Origin: Plasmodiophora brassicae
Lineage: Eukaryota
Reading direction: 5' to 3'
Length of the DNA: 64,000 bases
NCBI GenBank assembly: GCA_036867785.1
Contig: CP145422.1
Span: forward strand, 496,001-560,000
Shown here: positions 12,318-24,261 of the stretch, in pieces
How positions within the stretch are numbered: the first letter of the stretch is position 1
Layout: each line of letters begins with the position of its first letter
The notes under the pieces: generated by a model
Told to the model about the DNA's origin: nothing
Databases searched by the model: none
What the model saw: only the letters and a program-made list of their open reading frames with translations
Position numbers and translations under genes: made by a program

Positions 12318-12833
12318 TCAATACCTTGGCGATTGGACGGTAACTGGCAGGCTGACCGGTCGGCCCTGTCGGAAGGAGGTTCCCCGGTTCCGACGTAGGC
12401 GGTATGTCGGCCGGGCTATTCGGATTGTGATTCGTCGTTGGCCACCACAGGCAGCTGGCATTGCCCCAAGCACTGGGAGGAACAGTTGGACAGGCGCGGA
12501 ATTCATCGGGCAACCGCCCGTCACGTACCAGTAATGAAGAACGTCCCAGCAGCAGGATCCAGCCGAGCCGGAACGACGCGCCGCAAGCATACATTCGCCG
12601 TCTGTCATGCACGTTGACGCCGCCTCGGCAAGGTATGGCCCCTGCCAGTGGTAGAACACCTCCCCGACGCCGCAGTGCCCGAACTGGGAGCATCGCGCCG
12701 GCGGCGCACACCCGGCGTTGCCAAAGAACGGCCCACACCTCCAGTCCGCGCGCGGTCTCTCTCTCGTGTACTTCTGCCCGTTAACGATCCCCATCACCAC
12801 CGCCACCACTGCCATCACCATCACCGTCGCCAT
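12318..12833 (-). CDS. Secreted hevein/CBM18 chitin-binding protein
   Basis: Signal peptide MATVMVMAVVAVVMGIVNG, then DWRCGPFFGNAGCAPPARCSQFGHCGVG. The 3' exon structure is uncertain. Confidence 0.75.
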   Translation of the reverse strand: MATVMVMAVVAVVMGIVNGQKYTRERPRADWRCGPFFGNAGCAPPARCSQFGHCGVGEVFYHWQGPYLAEAASTCMTDGECMLAARRSGSAGSCCWDVLHYWYVTGGCPMNSAPVQLFLPVLGAMPAACGGQRRITIRIARPTYRLRRNRGTSFRQGRPVSLPVTVQSPRY

Positions 12834-13103
12834 CCCTCTAGCAGGCAGGCAGCACAGCCTCCTCCAGCTGTGACTCTCTGGCCCCCCACCACAGTGCATA
12901 ATATCTCCCACGCCCCGCCTGGTGGTGGGCGGTCACAGCTGGGAGTGCGGTGCCGAGGCGGGGGGAGGAACGGTCGTACGTACGTAGCTGAAAAACACGA
13001 ATAGGTATACTACGCCAGAACTGCCCGGCCCGGCCCCCGCACAAATGTCGCGCCTATATCCGGTCCACCCGCCGCAGCGGGAAAGCGTCATCCGGCCGGC
13101 CGC

Positions 13104-14510
13104 ATGGCGATACGGGTGCTGCAGGTGCCGCTGTCCGCTCGCCTGGCGGTCGTCGCGCTCCACGTCATCAATGGGGCGCTGTGCGCCCTGGGCCTGTATG
13201 GCGTGGCGAGGTGGATCCGGAATCCGCGACGGGCGACCTGGGCGAACGTGTACATCGTGCTGACGCTGGTCGAGGCGGTGGCGCGCGGCGGGTGGTCGCC
13301 CAGGCGCGCCGGCCGCCCCGTTGGGTGGGTTCGGCGATGGGCCCTGTGGCGGCATTTCCGAAGGTACTTTGATATGACGGTCGTGTACGATGGCAAGAAG
13401 GAGGACCTGGCGGCGGCCAAGCCGGTTGTCCTTGGCGGGCATCCACATGGTGTCATTGGTACGTCAGTGCCGTTCGGCTTGTATGACCCCCACAACCATT
13501 GACATGTGGATCAGGGGTCGCTCTTGTCGTACGTTGCGTCTGTCTGGGTTCTCGGTAACGGCCGGCTAAACTCGCGGCCAGGGCAACGCCGTCTTCGAGA
13601 ACGGGTTATTGCCCGAGTCAATGCCGTACAGGATAATGGCAACAGAGCCACTGTTTTACATTCCCCTGATGGGTGACTGGTGCCAAGGTGTGTGTGTGTT
13701 CAAATGCAAATGGCGGCCGTGCGACTCGCGGATTTTAAACGCCAGGTGATGCCCAGCGCTGAATCTTGCCAGCGTTCACGAAAGCAGCGTGGATTACTGC
13801 CTGCGGAATGGCATCTCAACCGTAATCGTTGTCGGCGGCGTTGAAGAAGCATTGGACTCGCGACCCAACACGCTGAGGTTAACGTTGGCCTCCCGGTCCG
13901 GGTTCATCAAGATGGCGCTCAAGGTGAGCGTCGTTTCGAGATCCATATGGGAGCGACGTGCCTTCTAACGGGTTTCGCTCAGCACGGCGCTCCACTTGTG
14001 CCATTATTGTCCTTCGGGTACGTCGATGGGCTGGCTCTGCGGGGGGATGGGCCTTGCATGTGACGGTGAGCGTTCCGCAGGGAGACTGACATCTACAAGC
14101 AGATCGTCCCAAACCCCCAGGGATCATTCCTGCGGCGGTATATACTTGATCTGCCTCGCCAGTCATTTGGTGGTTAGCTGACATTCGACCTAGGGTGCAG
14201 ACTGCGTTGAAGCAATGGGCCGGTTTCAGCGTCCCCGTTGTCGAACTGTATAATCCTCGACCTGTCAAGGTTACGACCGTCGTGGGGTCACCGATACCGG
14301 TCCCGAAGGTCCCCAACCCGACTCGGACCGACGTACGCTGTGCCGTGTTTCGTTCGCGTTTGACGAACCGTTAACGGGTCGCTGCGCGTGCAGGTGGAGA
14401 AATGGCGAGCAGTGTACATTGGGGAGGTCAAACGACTCTACGCCAAGTTCAGCCCGACCGCCTACCCAGTACCGCACGAACCGCTTCGGATCGTCGACGC
14501 CAAGCTGTGA
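13104..14510 (+). CDS. Diacylglycerol/monoacylglycerol acyltransferase (DGAT2/MGAT family), multi-exon
   Basis: HPHGVI, IVVGGVEEAL, RSGFIKMAL, VVGSPIPVPKVPNPT..VEKWRAVYIGEVKRLY. The last exon (14394-14510) ends DAKL-stop. Confidence 0.88.
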
Positions 14511-14658
14511 TCGAGGCAGGGTGCCTCCTCCAGCCGTGCGTGCCCAGCGAACCATCAGTGTATAGAATAGGGTATAAACAACGATGCGGGCGCCGGCCAG
14601 CAGGAACGCCATGCCCTGGTGCATGCATGTCGCTGGGTCGCGTGCGCGCACGTGTGTG

Positions 14659-16103
14659 TTATTGAACGATGGACTGCAGGACGCTGTCGACCGCTCGGTC
14701 GAACGCCGCCGGGTTCCTGAAGAACGAACAGTTGTTGGCGCAGTGGCCGGTGGAGGCCCGATCAGAGAACACAGTCAGGCCGCAGGCACACAGCGCGGGG
14801 ATGGGGACGCCCGTTGCCCGCATGCGCTCAAGCAGCGCTCGCCGGGCGTGCCTGCACAGGGTGGACGTCAGCGGGACGGCGACCTGACCCCAGAACACTG
14901 GACCCCACTCTTTGCTGGCGCCGCGCCCGCTAGCCGACGCCGACAGTCGGTTCTTGGCGCGGACCTCCTCTGCATAGCGTCGCACGCGCTCGTGCCGGTC
15001 CTCCTGCACAGGCCCGTTCGTGACGGCAGGTATCGGCATTGCACGGGGCCACTTACAATGTGCCCCACGTTGTTCTCCATCGACAGGCGCTCGATGCCCG
15101 CGTCCGACAGGATCGCATCGCCCTCCATCGTGTCGGTCATCGTTTCGACCACAGAGCCCTTCACCGACGTCGTCGTCGTCGTCGTCGTCGGATACCCGTT
15201 CAGCTGCTGCTGCTGCTGCGGGCGTCGCTGTTGCGCCCGCGACCGCAACGTCATGATGGCCTCCGCCCGAACCCGCGTCCGCTCCTGAACCATCTCCCAC
15301 TGGGCGCCGCTTAGACCCAGCGCCTAACCACCCGCCTGTATGCCGCCCGTCTACCTTGCGAACGGTCGCGCCCAGGTTCGCCAGCTGCCCTTTCGAGGGC
15401 GCCACCTGACGACCGCCGGCGGACGCCGGTCGTGCCCAGAACGCGGTCGCGTCCCGCCCCGTTGCATGCTTGGCCGGCACGGGCGGCGGCGACCTGTCCG
15501 GCGCCGCCGTCACCGCCTGCCCCGTCTTCGAGAACGATAACAGCGCCGATCGTGCCGCCATCGCGTTCGCCCGGATCTGCGGCGGCTGGGGGTCAGGCCA
15601 GAGATTGGCAGCGCCCGGCGCCCCATCCTACCTTGTCGCGTTCGCGATCCAACGCGGACCGGTTCGCCTGTTGCAGCTGGGCGGCGCGCTGCGACGCCAG
15701 GCGTCGCATCTGTTGACGCGTCGCCGCCATGTACTGCTCCAGGTTCGCTTGCTGACAACGTTCACTCGTCAGCAGCACGGCCGCGTCTGATGCACCCGCC
15801 CGCCCCCCTGACCAGAACGGCGTCCTGGTCGCGCTTCGCGCTGCGCTCCTGCGCCAGGCGCTCCTGGACGCGTCGTAACGTGGCGCGCCGGAACCGTTCC
15901 AGCGCCTGCTGGCGTTGCTGCCGGCGCTCGCTGGACTGGGCGTCGATGGCCGCCACGGTCTTCACCATCTGGACGCTGTGGTGCGCCTCCTCCTGCGCGC
16001 CCGCGAACCGCATGGCGTGCACGCGGATCGTCGTCAGCGGCGCGTTGCACTCCGGGTTGGCGACCCGCCAATCGGGCACGGCCAGCGCCGTCCGCCCGCT
16101 CAT
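14659..16103 (-). CDS. CCDC15-like coiled-coil (centriolar) protein, multi-exon
   Basis: N-terminal coiled coil LERFRRATLRRV. The C-terminal IPALCACG...CANNCSFFRNP.AF motif is recalled from CCDC15. Confidence 0.65.
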
Positions 16104-16201
16104 CGCTCAATGGTGGGCGGGCCGACTCGTCACTGAGTGCCTCGGTTCGTGAGGCCACGCGCGTCGGCGAACGCTGGTGCCCACGTCGACCAATGATCGG
16201 T

Positions 16202-17576
16202 TCATACATTATTAGAAAGGCGTTTAGGCGGGCGGAGGCGCGGGACGCGATCCGGCCGCGGCTCGTTCAGGACGGGGGGCAGTCGGGTGCCGAGCGTACC
16301 GACAGTGACGACAGCGACGCCTAGAAGGACGAGGAAGGGCAGGAACTGGAGTTGGATGTCGCGGCCGGCGTCGAGGAGGGCGGACAGGGCCGCGGTGACG
16401 CCGACGCCCGTCAGGCTGGCGGCGCTCTGTGTGAACGACACCGCTCGCGCTTTCGTGGACGCCGACGACGCGTTGTTGACGACGACGGCGGCGCCGGTGA
16501 CCGTCATGGAGACGACGAGGGCGCGCAGGCAGAATGCGCCCGCCTGTGCAAGGTACCAGGCGGAGTCGTTGTCGATCAGCGACGCCAGGTACACGACCGG
16601 GATCTGCACCAGCGACAGCGCCAGGCCGACCTGCGTCACGCGAACGACGCCGAACGCGGCCACGACGACCGGGAACAGGAAGATCGTGGAGAGCGTGCGC
16701 ACCAGGCCCTGCCCGGCGAAGAAGTACGCCCGGTCCTTCCGGACGAACGCGGTCGTCAGCGTCAGGTCGGGGATCTGCAGGAGCATGCCCGACATGATGT
16801 AGGTGCAGGCGGCCACCAGGGGCAACCTGTACCGGGACAGGAACGGGTCGGATGTCAGCGAGCGGACGCGCTGGGCGGCGCCAGGCGGGCCGTCCGGTTC
16901 GACGTCGGGCAGGAACACGACGCAGACGGCCAGCGTCAGCAGGGCGGCCAGCGACGCGAACGCGCCGATGCCGAACGCGACGCTCTGCTCAGGGAACAGG
17001 CCCCGAAGCGCAGGGCACAGCAATGGCGTCTGCGAAACGCCAGTCAGAACGAGAGAGCCTTCTAAACGACGATGCGCCTACGATGGTGATTGCCAGGCCG
17101 AAGGAGCCCGTCAGGGCGCCGAAGGCGGCGCCCTGGTTGCGTTTGCAGGTGATGATGCCGAGGTACGCCTTGTTCAGGGACAGGTTGGCGCTCATGCCCG
17201 ACAGGGCCCTGCCCAGGCAGGCGACCCAGAGCGAGCGGGACAGGGCGACGGTGCCGGATCCGATGGCGGACAGGACGAGGCCGGTGATGATACCGACCCG
17301 CAGGCCATGGCGGTCGCAGATCCAGCCCCAGATCGGGTTGCTCACCGCGCTGGCCACCAGGTAGGAGATGCCCAGGGCGGATTTGGCGCACGACGCCGAC
17401 TCGGGGAACGACCGCACCAGGTCCTCCAGCAGGCCGATGATGAGCATGTTCTGCATGCCGTCGCAGAAGTGCACCGCCCAGAGGCAGACGCGAACAACGA
17501 CGCTGCTGTCGTAGATGCCTTTCTCTTCGGGGACGTCCCGCCCCGTCAGACTGGCCGCCGACGCTGGACGGATCAT
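16202..17576 (-). CDS. Major facilitator superfamily transporter (2 exons)
   Basis: MFS motif A (WGWICDRHGLR), GRALSG and about 12 hydrophobic segments over two ORFs. Confidence 0.85.
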
Positions 17577-17771
17577 CGACGATGATGCAATACGATTAGA
17601 CGCGAACCGGTTTGGCAAACGATGGCCAGCCGGTCATGCAGCGGGGGGAGCGTCCGCATTGATCCGACCATTAGTCCAGCCAGGTTAAACCAATGCCTTC
17701 GGCGCGCTCGGGTTTACGTAACAGCAAGCGGCCTGATGAGCGGGCGTTAGTTCGAGACCAGGGTTTGTTCA

Positions 17772-19111
17772 TTACCGATGGCGTCGGTGTCGATCGTGGT
17801 CGTGACGACGAGGCGAACGCGAGCGGCGGTGGTGATGACGGTGAGGGGATCGTGACCGAGGTCGTTTGTGTGTCGGTGGCGACAGGGCCGGTCTTCGGTT
17901 GGAGCGCATGTGGTCGTGGTCGAACACCATCTGGTAGTTTGCGTCAGGCCCCTGGTGTCTGTCCTTCAGGGCCAGGCCGGACGACTTGTCGAGACGCTCC
18001 ATCTTGTCGCCGCGCTTCCACTTGTTCCAGACGCCGTACACGGACTGGGAGAAGTCGACATGGATCCGCCTGTCGTCGATCAGGACGTTCTCCATCTTCT
18101 TATACGCCTCCTCGCACTCCTTGTCGGTCTCGAACTCGATGAAGGCGTACTGCAGCGAGTCGTTCGTCTTGTAGTCCCGAATCACCTCACACTTCTTGAT
18201 GTTGCCGAACCGGGAAAAGATCAGCTCCAGATCCTCGGATCGGGTCCTGCCTAGACGTTTAGCTAGACGCACACGCAGAGGCGAACCGTTCCGCGACGTA
18301 CACCGGGTTCAGTTTGCAGACGAACAGGACGTTGTCGGGCGGGATGAAGTCAGCAGTGGGCAGGTCGCCAATCATCTCCAGCAGTTCGGCACGGTTGCGC
18401 TCCTCCTTCTGGGCAATGGTCTCTTCCAGTTCCGCTTCCGTCTTGCCGGCGTTCTGGTCCGCATCGAGGTCTTCGTCCTCGGCGATGTAATCGAGGTCCT
18501 GGGCGTCCCGCGTACGAACAGGCGACTGGTCGGGTACGACAAGGGTGGCCGGGTCCGGGAACGGATCGTCGAGAATGACGGTATGCCGGATTCGAATGTT
18601 CTTCAGCGGCCGATGTTGCTCGTCGACGAACACGTCGCCCAGCTTGTCGAGCAGGTCGATCCCCTCGGCAACCTCGCCAAATACTGTGTGCTGACCGTCG
18701 AGATAGTCAAGGTCGTCCGCCAGCGTGATGTAGAACAGGGACGCGTTCAGATTCGGGCCGGATGACGCCATCGCAACAGTACCTGCGAAGTGGTCAACGA
18801 CGCTGTTGAACGGATACAGACGAGGCCGACGCTATACCCTTCTTATTATGCGTCAAGTGCGGTCGTATTTCATCGTCAAAGAACCGGGCCTGCTGGCCAT
18901 ACAGGACGCCGAACAGGGAGTCGCCACCGCGCCCGGTCCCGGTCGGGTCGCCGGTCTGCGCGATGAACCCCCGCTCGACCTTGTGGAACACGCACCCGTT
19001 GTAGTACTTGACCTTGCACAGCTTCAGGAAGTTCTTGCAGGTCGCCGGACAATCATCCGCGTGCAGGTCGATGACAATGTCGCCGAGCGAGGTCTCGAGC
19101 AGCACGGACAT
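17772..19111 (-). CDS. PPIL4: Cyclophilin-RRM peptidyl-prolyl isomerase (PPIL4/CYP59)
   Basis: MSVLLETSLGDIVIDL, NFLKLCKVKYY, QTGDPTGTGRGG, PPDNVLFVCKLNP, YAFIEF, IDDRRIHVDFSQSV and an RS/RH-rich tail. Confidence 0.93.
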
Positions 19112-19847
19112 GAGCGCGCCACTCCCGCTGACTGACGGACCTGAAAACTGCGTCGCCGTGTCGCTGCGGCTTCGTCTGGTCCACGTGCGTCGAGCCCGTC
19201 GAGGCTGTCCAGGCTGATTCGGAATCTGAGCGCGCCGTTCGGCAATCAAAGTCGATGATCCGTTCGCCGTCGCCGAGCCATCCAATGGGCTCCTACCTGC
19301 GCGTCGGTCGGCATTCGTACTGGTGCGCGTCCCCGAAACGGCCTTCTGATTCGTGTTCGGCCATCGCTGGCGTACAATGCCTCGACGACAACGTCGTGAC
19401 TTTCCCGGCCGGCATCAATCTGGCGATCCGTCTGGCCAGTATCGGCCAATATTTCCATCCTATACGCGATCGGTGCCCTCAGTAATCCCGTCCGGATTGA
19501 TCATGGCGCCCCAGCTGGCGTTACCCGTTATCGACGACGCGAGCGAGACGGCAAAGTCGCCCGATAACAGTCACCAGGAAGGCCAATACCATATCGGACG
19601 GTGTCGCCGCGGCCGTTGCTGTGCTTCCCGAGGCGAACGCCAGCGACGAGGTCGTACGTGCCCAGGCCGCCCTCGAGGAGGCAACTGCTAGTCTCAACAG
19701 ACCAAAGGAAGACGTTGACCCCCTGACAAAGACCTACGTGCGCCTACAGGCAGAGCAGGTCTACTAGAAGAGCCGCGCCCGATAACGCTCCTGTCGTCTT
19801 ATGTACCGGGACAATGCGCTGTGAACGACGTCATCAATCAACAGACG

Positions 19848-20150
19848 TTATTCTCTGTTGTTTGTGTACTGGTCGGGCACGGATGCCCCCTGTACCCTGT
19901 CGCAGGGGTCCTTGCTGCGGCAGATGTCAGTGACGTGGGGAGCTGGGGGCAAGGCACATAGTAGGTCTCCCAGGCCAGGGCACAGGTCAACGTCGCGGTT
20001 CCGGGAGCGGCCGCGTATCGACGGGAACTCGAACGCCGTCGAAACCGTTGACACGAGCGACGAGCTGGCATCGCCATTCGCAGAGGCGACGCACGCAACT
20101 CGGCATCACCAGGGGCGACACGACCGCATGCAAATGAAACTCGAGCGTCC
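19848..20150 (-). pseudogene. Probable disrupted paralog of the adjacent Ser/Thr-rich secreted gene
   Basis: Shares SSSLVS.VSTAF with the gene at 20578. A TGA lies within the would-be signal peptide. Confidence 0.35.
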
Positions 20151-20577
20151 CCGTGCCTGCATGACCAGGCGTGCGAGTCTAGAGGTGGCACGTCGTCGTA
20201 ACGACTTCAGTCGACTCGGGGTATTGTGGAGTCGTTTACGTCGACTTCCATGCGCAACGGAGTCGCTCGAAGTCGACGTCGAAACCTGTTCAAGCCGCTC
20301 CAAGTCGCCTGGTCAAGTCGACGTGGAGTCGTGAAGTCGACTTCAGCAGCAAACCGTGACTCCCCCGCTGTGGAGAGCAGCGCAGCGTCCGTCATCGGAG
20401 CCGAGCACGGGGGCTCGTGTGGGCCCGGGGGAACGCACGTCAGAGCACCCTGGGCCGGGCAGCGCCCCCGGGAACGATCCCCACCGTTCGGCCGAACTCG
20501 TAGCCCCCAGCCGGATTCACACGCTTCACTTTGGTATCGTTGCCAACTGGGACGTACCTCCGGCTACATACCCCCGA

Positions 20578-20987
20578 TGTCGTCGTCGCTCACGACCACC
20601 GTCGTTATCACCATCGCGCTGCTCGCCGGCGGCAATGCAAGCCCGCCGATTCGTCGCTCGCCAACCGCCGACGTCCCGACCAGCGCGTCGACGGTCAGCT
20701 CATCGCTCGTGTCAAGCGTCTCGACGGCGTTCCACCCGTTGTCCCGCGCCGAGTCGGCACCAGCCCGCACCTCGACCAGCGCAACGTCGCCCAGCTGGCC
20801 GGCCGCCGCGGTCGTCAGCCCATCGCCCACGCCAACCTGGACGTCGACCAAGTCGCTGACGGGCGCGTCACGCCTGTCACCGTGCCTGCCGGTCGACCTG
20901 GCGGTCCCGCTCCTGGCCCTCGTGCTGATGGCGCTCTCCGGCGCGATCGTCACCGGCGACGAGGAACCGGCGCCCCGGCCGACGTAG
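20578..20987 (+). CDS. Small secreted or surface Ser/Thr/Pro-rich protein with a C-terminal hydrophobic anchor
   Basis: MSSSLTTTVVITIALLAGGNA signal, mucin-like body, LAVPLLALVLMALSGAIV tail. Confidence 0.6.
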
Positions 20988-21589
20988 GGGACCCGCAACG
21001 CCATCGTCTCGCCCGACCGCTGCTGACCCGTCCCGTTGTGCAGGACGCCGCCGCCGCGACCGATCGCCGACCGTCGTCGAGGACGCCTCCTGGTCGGGAA
21101 GGCGAACGCGTTCGCCCAGGTCCAGCGACGGGCGGCGGCACGACGACCACCCTGGCGGCCGTGAGGAACCACTTTCTAACCGGGCAACGCAGTTGAATAC
21201 CATACAGCAAGCGACGTCATGCGAGCGGTCCCCTGTCGACCTTGGACGCGTCAATCGTACGTCGCGTTTGTCTCTGCGAGACGGGGCGGGGGCGGCCGTG
21301 TGCGGAAACGCCGACGCCGAAACGAAGGGGAGGCATTCAACGTTGAACGCAGTATCCGTGCAATGGTCCCACGCTGTCAGTGGTCCGGACGAGGGCGTCA
21401 CGACAAGTGTGGTGCCGGCCCAGCAACGCCTGGTGCGGACGTCAAGTCGAAGAGGCGAGGACGGCAACCCGGGACATTGTTCATTTGTGTGCGTCTCGAG
21501 GGCCGTGGAGGCGTGGACCCATCATCCGTCGTCAGCAGAGCGGCAGCAGCTCGTCCACGGAGTGCGCCCGACGGCAGTGCCGGAAGGCG

Positions 21590-24133
21590 ATGGCGGACTG
21601 GTCCGTCTTCGAGGTCGAGGTGCAGAACGCGCCCACCTCGGTCAACTCCTGGGTCCGGTACCTGGAGGCGCGCCACCAGGACCCGCTCGATGCGCGCCGC
21701 TCGCTGTACGAGCGCGCGCTGCACGCCCTGCCGCTGTCGTACAAGATCTGGGTGCGGTACCTGCGTGACCTGGTGACGGCGGCGCGCTCCCGCGACCTGT
21801 CCGCCTGCGCAGACGACGCCGCCGACGCCATTGTCGCATTCGAACGCGCCGTCGCCGTCCTGTCGCACTGCCCGGTCCTCTGGATGCTGTACGCGAAATT
21901 CCTCTGGGCGTTCGGGCAGGTCACCAAGACGCGCCTGACGTTCGATCGCGCCCTGCAATCGCTGCCCGTCACGCAGCACCATCACGTGTGGCGTTATTAC
22001 ACGGCGTTCGCCGCCAACCATCCCGCTCTCGGATCCAAGGTCCACGCCGCTGTCCCTGACGAGACCGCCGTCCGCATCTTCAGGCGGTACGTCCACTTCG
22101 AACCGTCGGGGCGTTCGCAGTTCGCCGACGTTCTGCGACGCCTGCACCGGTACTCCGACCTGATGCAACTCCTGGCCGACTTGGTCAACGACGACGACTA
22201 CGTGCCCGAGCACGGCAAGACGCGCCTGGACCTGTGGAACGAACTGTGCCGCCTGCTGGTCGAGCACGCCGACGCCGTCCCGTCGACAATGTCGGCCGAC
22301 GCGGTCCTGCGCTCTGGCATGCAGCGCTATTCGGCGGAAACGGGCGCCCTGTGGGTGTCGCTGGCCCATTACTACGTCCGCCTCGGGCAGTTCGAGAAGG
22401 CGCGCGACATCTTCGAGGAGGCCATGGACACGCTGGTGACGATCCGCGACTTCACGGTCGTGTTCGACGCGTACGCCAGCTACGAAGAGAGCATGCTGGC
22501 CGCCAAGATGGAGGCGGACGACGATGCGGTTGACGATGATGACGATTTCAACATTGACGGCGACGATGTCGACCTGCGTCTGATGCGGCTCGAGAACCTG
22601 ATGAACCGTCGCCCGCTGCTCGTGAACTCGGTCCTGTTGAGGCAGAACCCGTACAGCGTCGGCGAGTGGCTGAAACGCGTCCGGATCGTCGGCGAGGACG
22701 ACGACGAGGCCGCCCTGCGGACGTACGTTGACGCGATCGACACGATCCGCCCCGCCGAAGCGGACGGCAAGCTGTCCCAGATCTGGATCGGGTTCGCCGG
22801 CCTCTACGAACGGAGCCGGGACGTCGACAGCGCCCGGGTCGTCTTCGAGCGCGCTGTGGCGGTCCAGTACCGAACTGTCGAAGAGCTCGCTGACGTGTGG
22901 TGCGCCTGGGTCGAGATGGAGCTGCGTTTGAAGAACTTCCAAACGGCCCTGGATGTTGTTCGCCGTGCAACGGCAGCGGTGCCCGAGAAGCGGGATCGTG
23001 CCAAGGCGGACGCGTACCGGCCCGTGCAGGAACGCGTTTGGCGGTCGACCAAGCTGTGGAGCCTGCGGGTCGACCTGGAGGAAAGCGTCGGTTCGCTGGA
23101 GTCGGCGCGCGCCGCCTACGACCGCATGATCGAGCTGAAGGTCGCGACGCCGCAGACGATCCTGAACTTTGCTGCGCTGCTCGAATCGCACCGGTTCTTC
23201 GAGGACGCCTTCCGAGCGTACGAGAAGGGCCTTGCGCGGTTCGAGTTCCCGCACGCCATGCCGATCTGGAAGACGTACCTGACCAAATTCGTGCAACGTT
23301 ATGGCGGCAAGAAGCTGGAGCGCGCCCGCGAACTGTTCGAACAGGCGGTGGAAGGCGCGCCCGCCGACAGCGCCAAGGTCCTGTACCTGATGTACGCCAA
23401 GCTCGAGGAGGATTACGGTTTGGCACGGCACGCCCTCCAGATCTACGATCGTGCCGTACAACGCGTCAAGGACGATGATAAGCTGGAGCTGTTCCAGATC
23501 TACGTGAACAAGGCCGGCGAGTTCTTTGGCGTGACGCGGACCAGGGAGGTCTACGAGAAGGCGATCGCGACGTTGCCGCGGGCGCTGATCAGGCACGTCT
23601 GCCTGCAGTACGCCCAGCTGGAGACGCGCCTGGGCGAGGTTGATCGCGTCCGCGCGTTGTACACGTACTGTAGCCAGTTCTGCAACCCGAACACGGACAC
23701 TGTGTTCTGGCAGACGTTCCACGACTTCGAGGTGCAGCATGGCAACGAGGACACGTTCAGGGAGATGCTCAGGGTCCGGCGCACGGTCGCCGCCGACATG
23801 GCCCAGACGCACTTCGTGTCGGCGACCTTGGCGCAGGCGAACGCGCTGGCCGCGGCCGCGGGTGGCGAAGCCACGATCGCCAAGAACGAAATGGAGGCGC
23901 TCGAAATGCAGGCTGAACAAGCAGCGCCCGCGATCCTGGCGACGACGCCGGCGGTGAACCCGGATGAGATTGCGCTGGCTGACGAAGAGGAAGAGGAGGA
24001 AGAGGAGCCCGATGTGCGCATCGAGCAGAAGACGGTGCCGCAAGCGGTCTTCGGTAGCGTTAATGCCCCAGCGGCGGCGGCCGCCGCCACGAAACCGCTT
24101 GGCGCGCTGGCCAGGTTTAAGAACAGGGTCTGA
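21590..24133 (+). CDS. SYF1: Pre-mRNA splicing factor SYF1/XAB2 (HAT repeats), intronless
   Basis: YERAL..LP.SYKIW, FDRALQSLPVTQH, RRPLLVNSVLLRQNP, RYGGKKLERARELFEQA, FEVQHGNEDTFREMLR, NPDEI.L. Confidence 0.96.
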   Translation: MADWSVFEVEVQNAPTSVNSWVRYLEARHQDPLDARRSLYERALHALPLSYKIWVRYLRDLVTAARSRDLSACADDAADAIVAFERAVAVLSHCPVLWMLYAKFLWAFGQVTKTRLTFDRALQSLPVTQHHHVWRYYTAFAANHPALGSKVHAAVPDETAVRIFRRYVHFEPSGRSQFADVLRRLHRYSDLMQLLADLVNDDDYVPEHGKTRLDLWNELCRLLVEHADAVPSTMSADAVLRSGMQRYSAETGALWVSLAHYYVRLGQFEKARDIFEEAMDTLVTIRDFTVVFDAYASYEESMLAAKMEADDDAVDDDDDFNIDGDDVDLRLMRLENLMNRRPLLVNSVLLRQNPYSVGEWLKRVRIVGEDDDEAALRTYVDAIDTIRPAEADGKLSQIWIGFAGLYERSRDVDSARVVFERAVAVQYRTVEELADVWCAWVEMELRLKNFQTALDVVRRATAAVPEKRDRAKADAYRPVQERVWRSTKLWSLRVDLEESVGSLESARAAYDRMIELKVATPQTILNFAALLESHRFFEDAFRAYEKGLARFEFPHAMPIWKTYLTKFVQRYGGKKLERARELFEQAVEGAPADSAKVLYLMYAKLEEDYGLARHALQIYDRAVQRVKDDDKLELFQIYVNKAGEFFGVTRTREVYEKAIATLPRALIRHVCLQYAQLETRLGEVDRVRALYTYCSQFCNPNTDTVFWQTFHDFEVQHGNEDTFREMLRVRRTVAADMAQTHFVSATLAQANALAAAAGGEATIAKNEMEALEMQAEQAAPAILATTPAVNPDEIALADEEEEEEEEPDVRIEQKTVPQAVFGSVNAPAAAAAATKPLGALARFKNRV

Positions 24134-24261
24134 ACGTGTGCACGGGGGGCCTCTGCAATATACAGACATGTCTATGCCAATGGTGGTCGTGCACCGGCGA
24201 TGCTCCGCTTGCACATGTTACAGTATAACGCAATCGCAGCCGTGTACAATGATTGGAACAA

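Noticed and set aside
21398-24214. 938-aa antisense ORF over SYF1
   Set aside because: Shadow ORF expected from GC-rich codon bias; no recognisable motifs.
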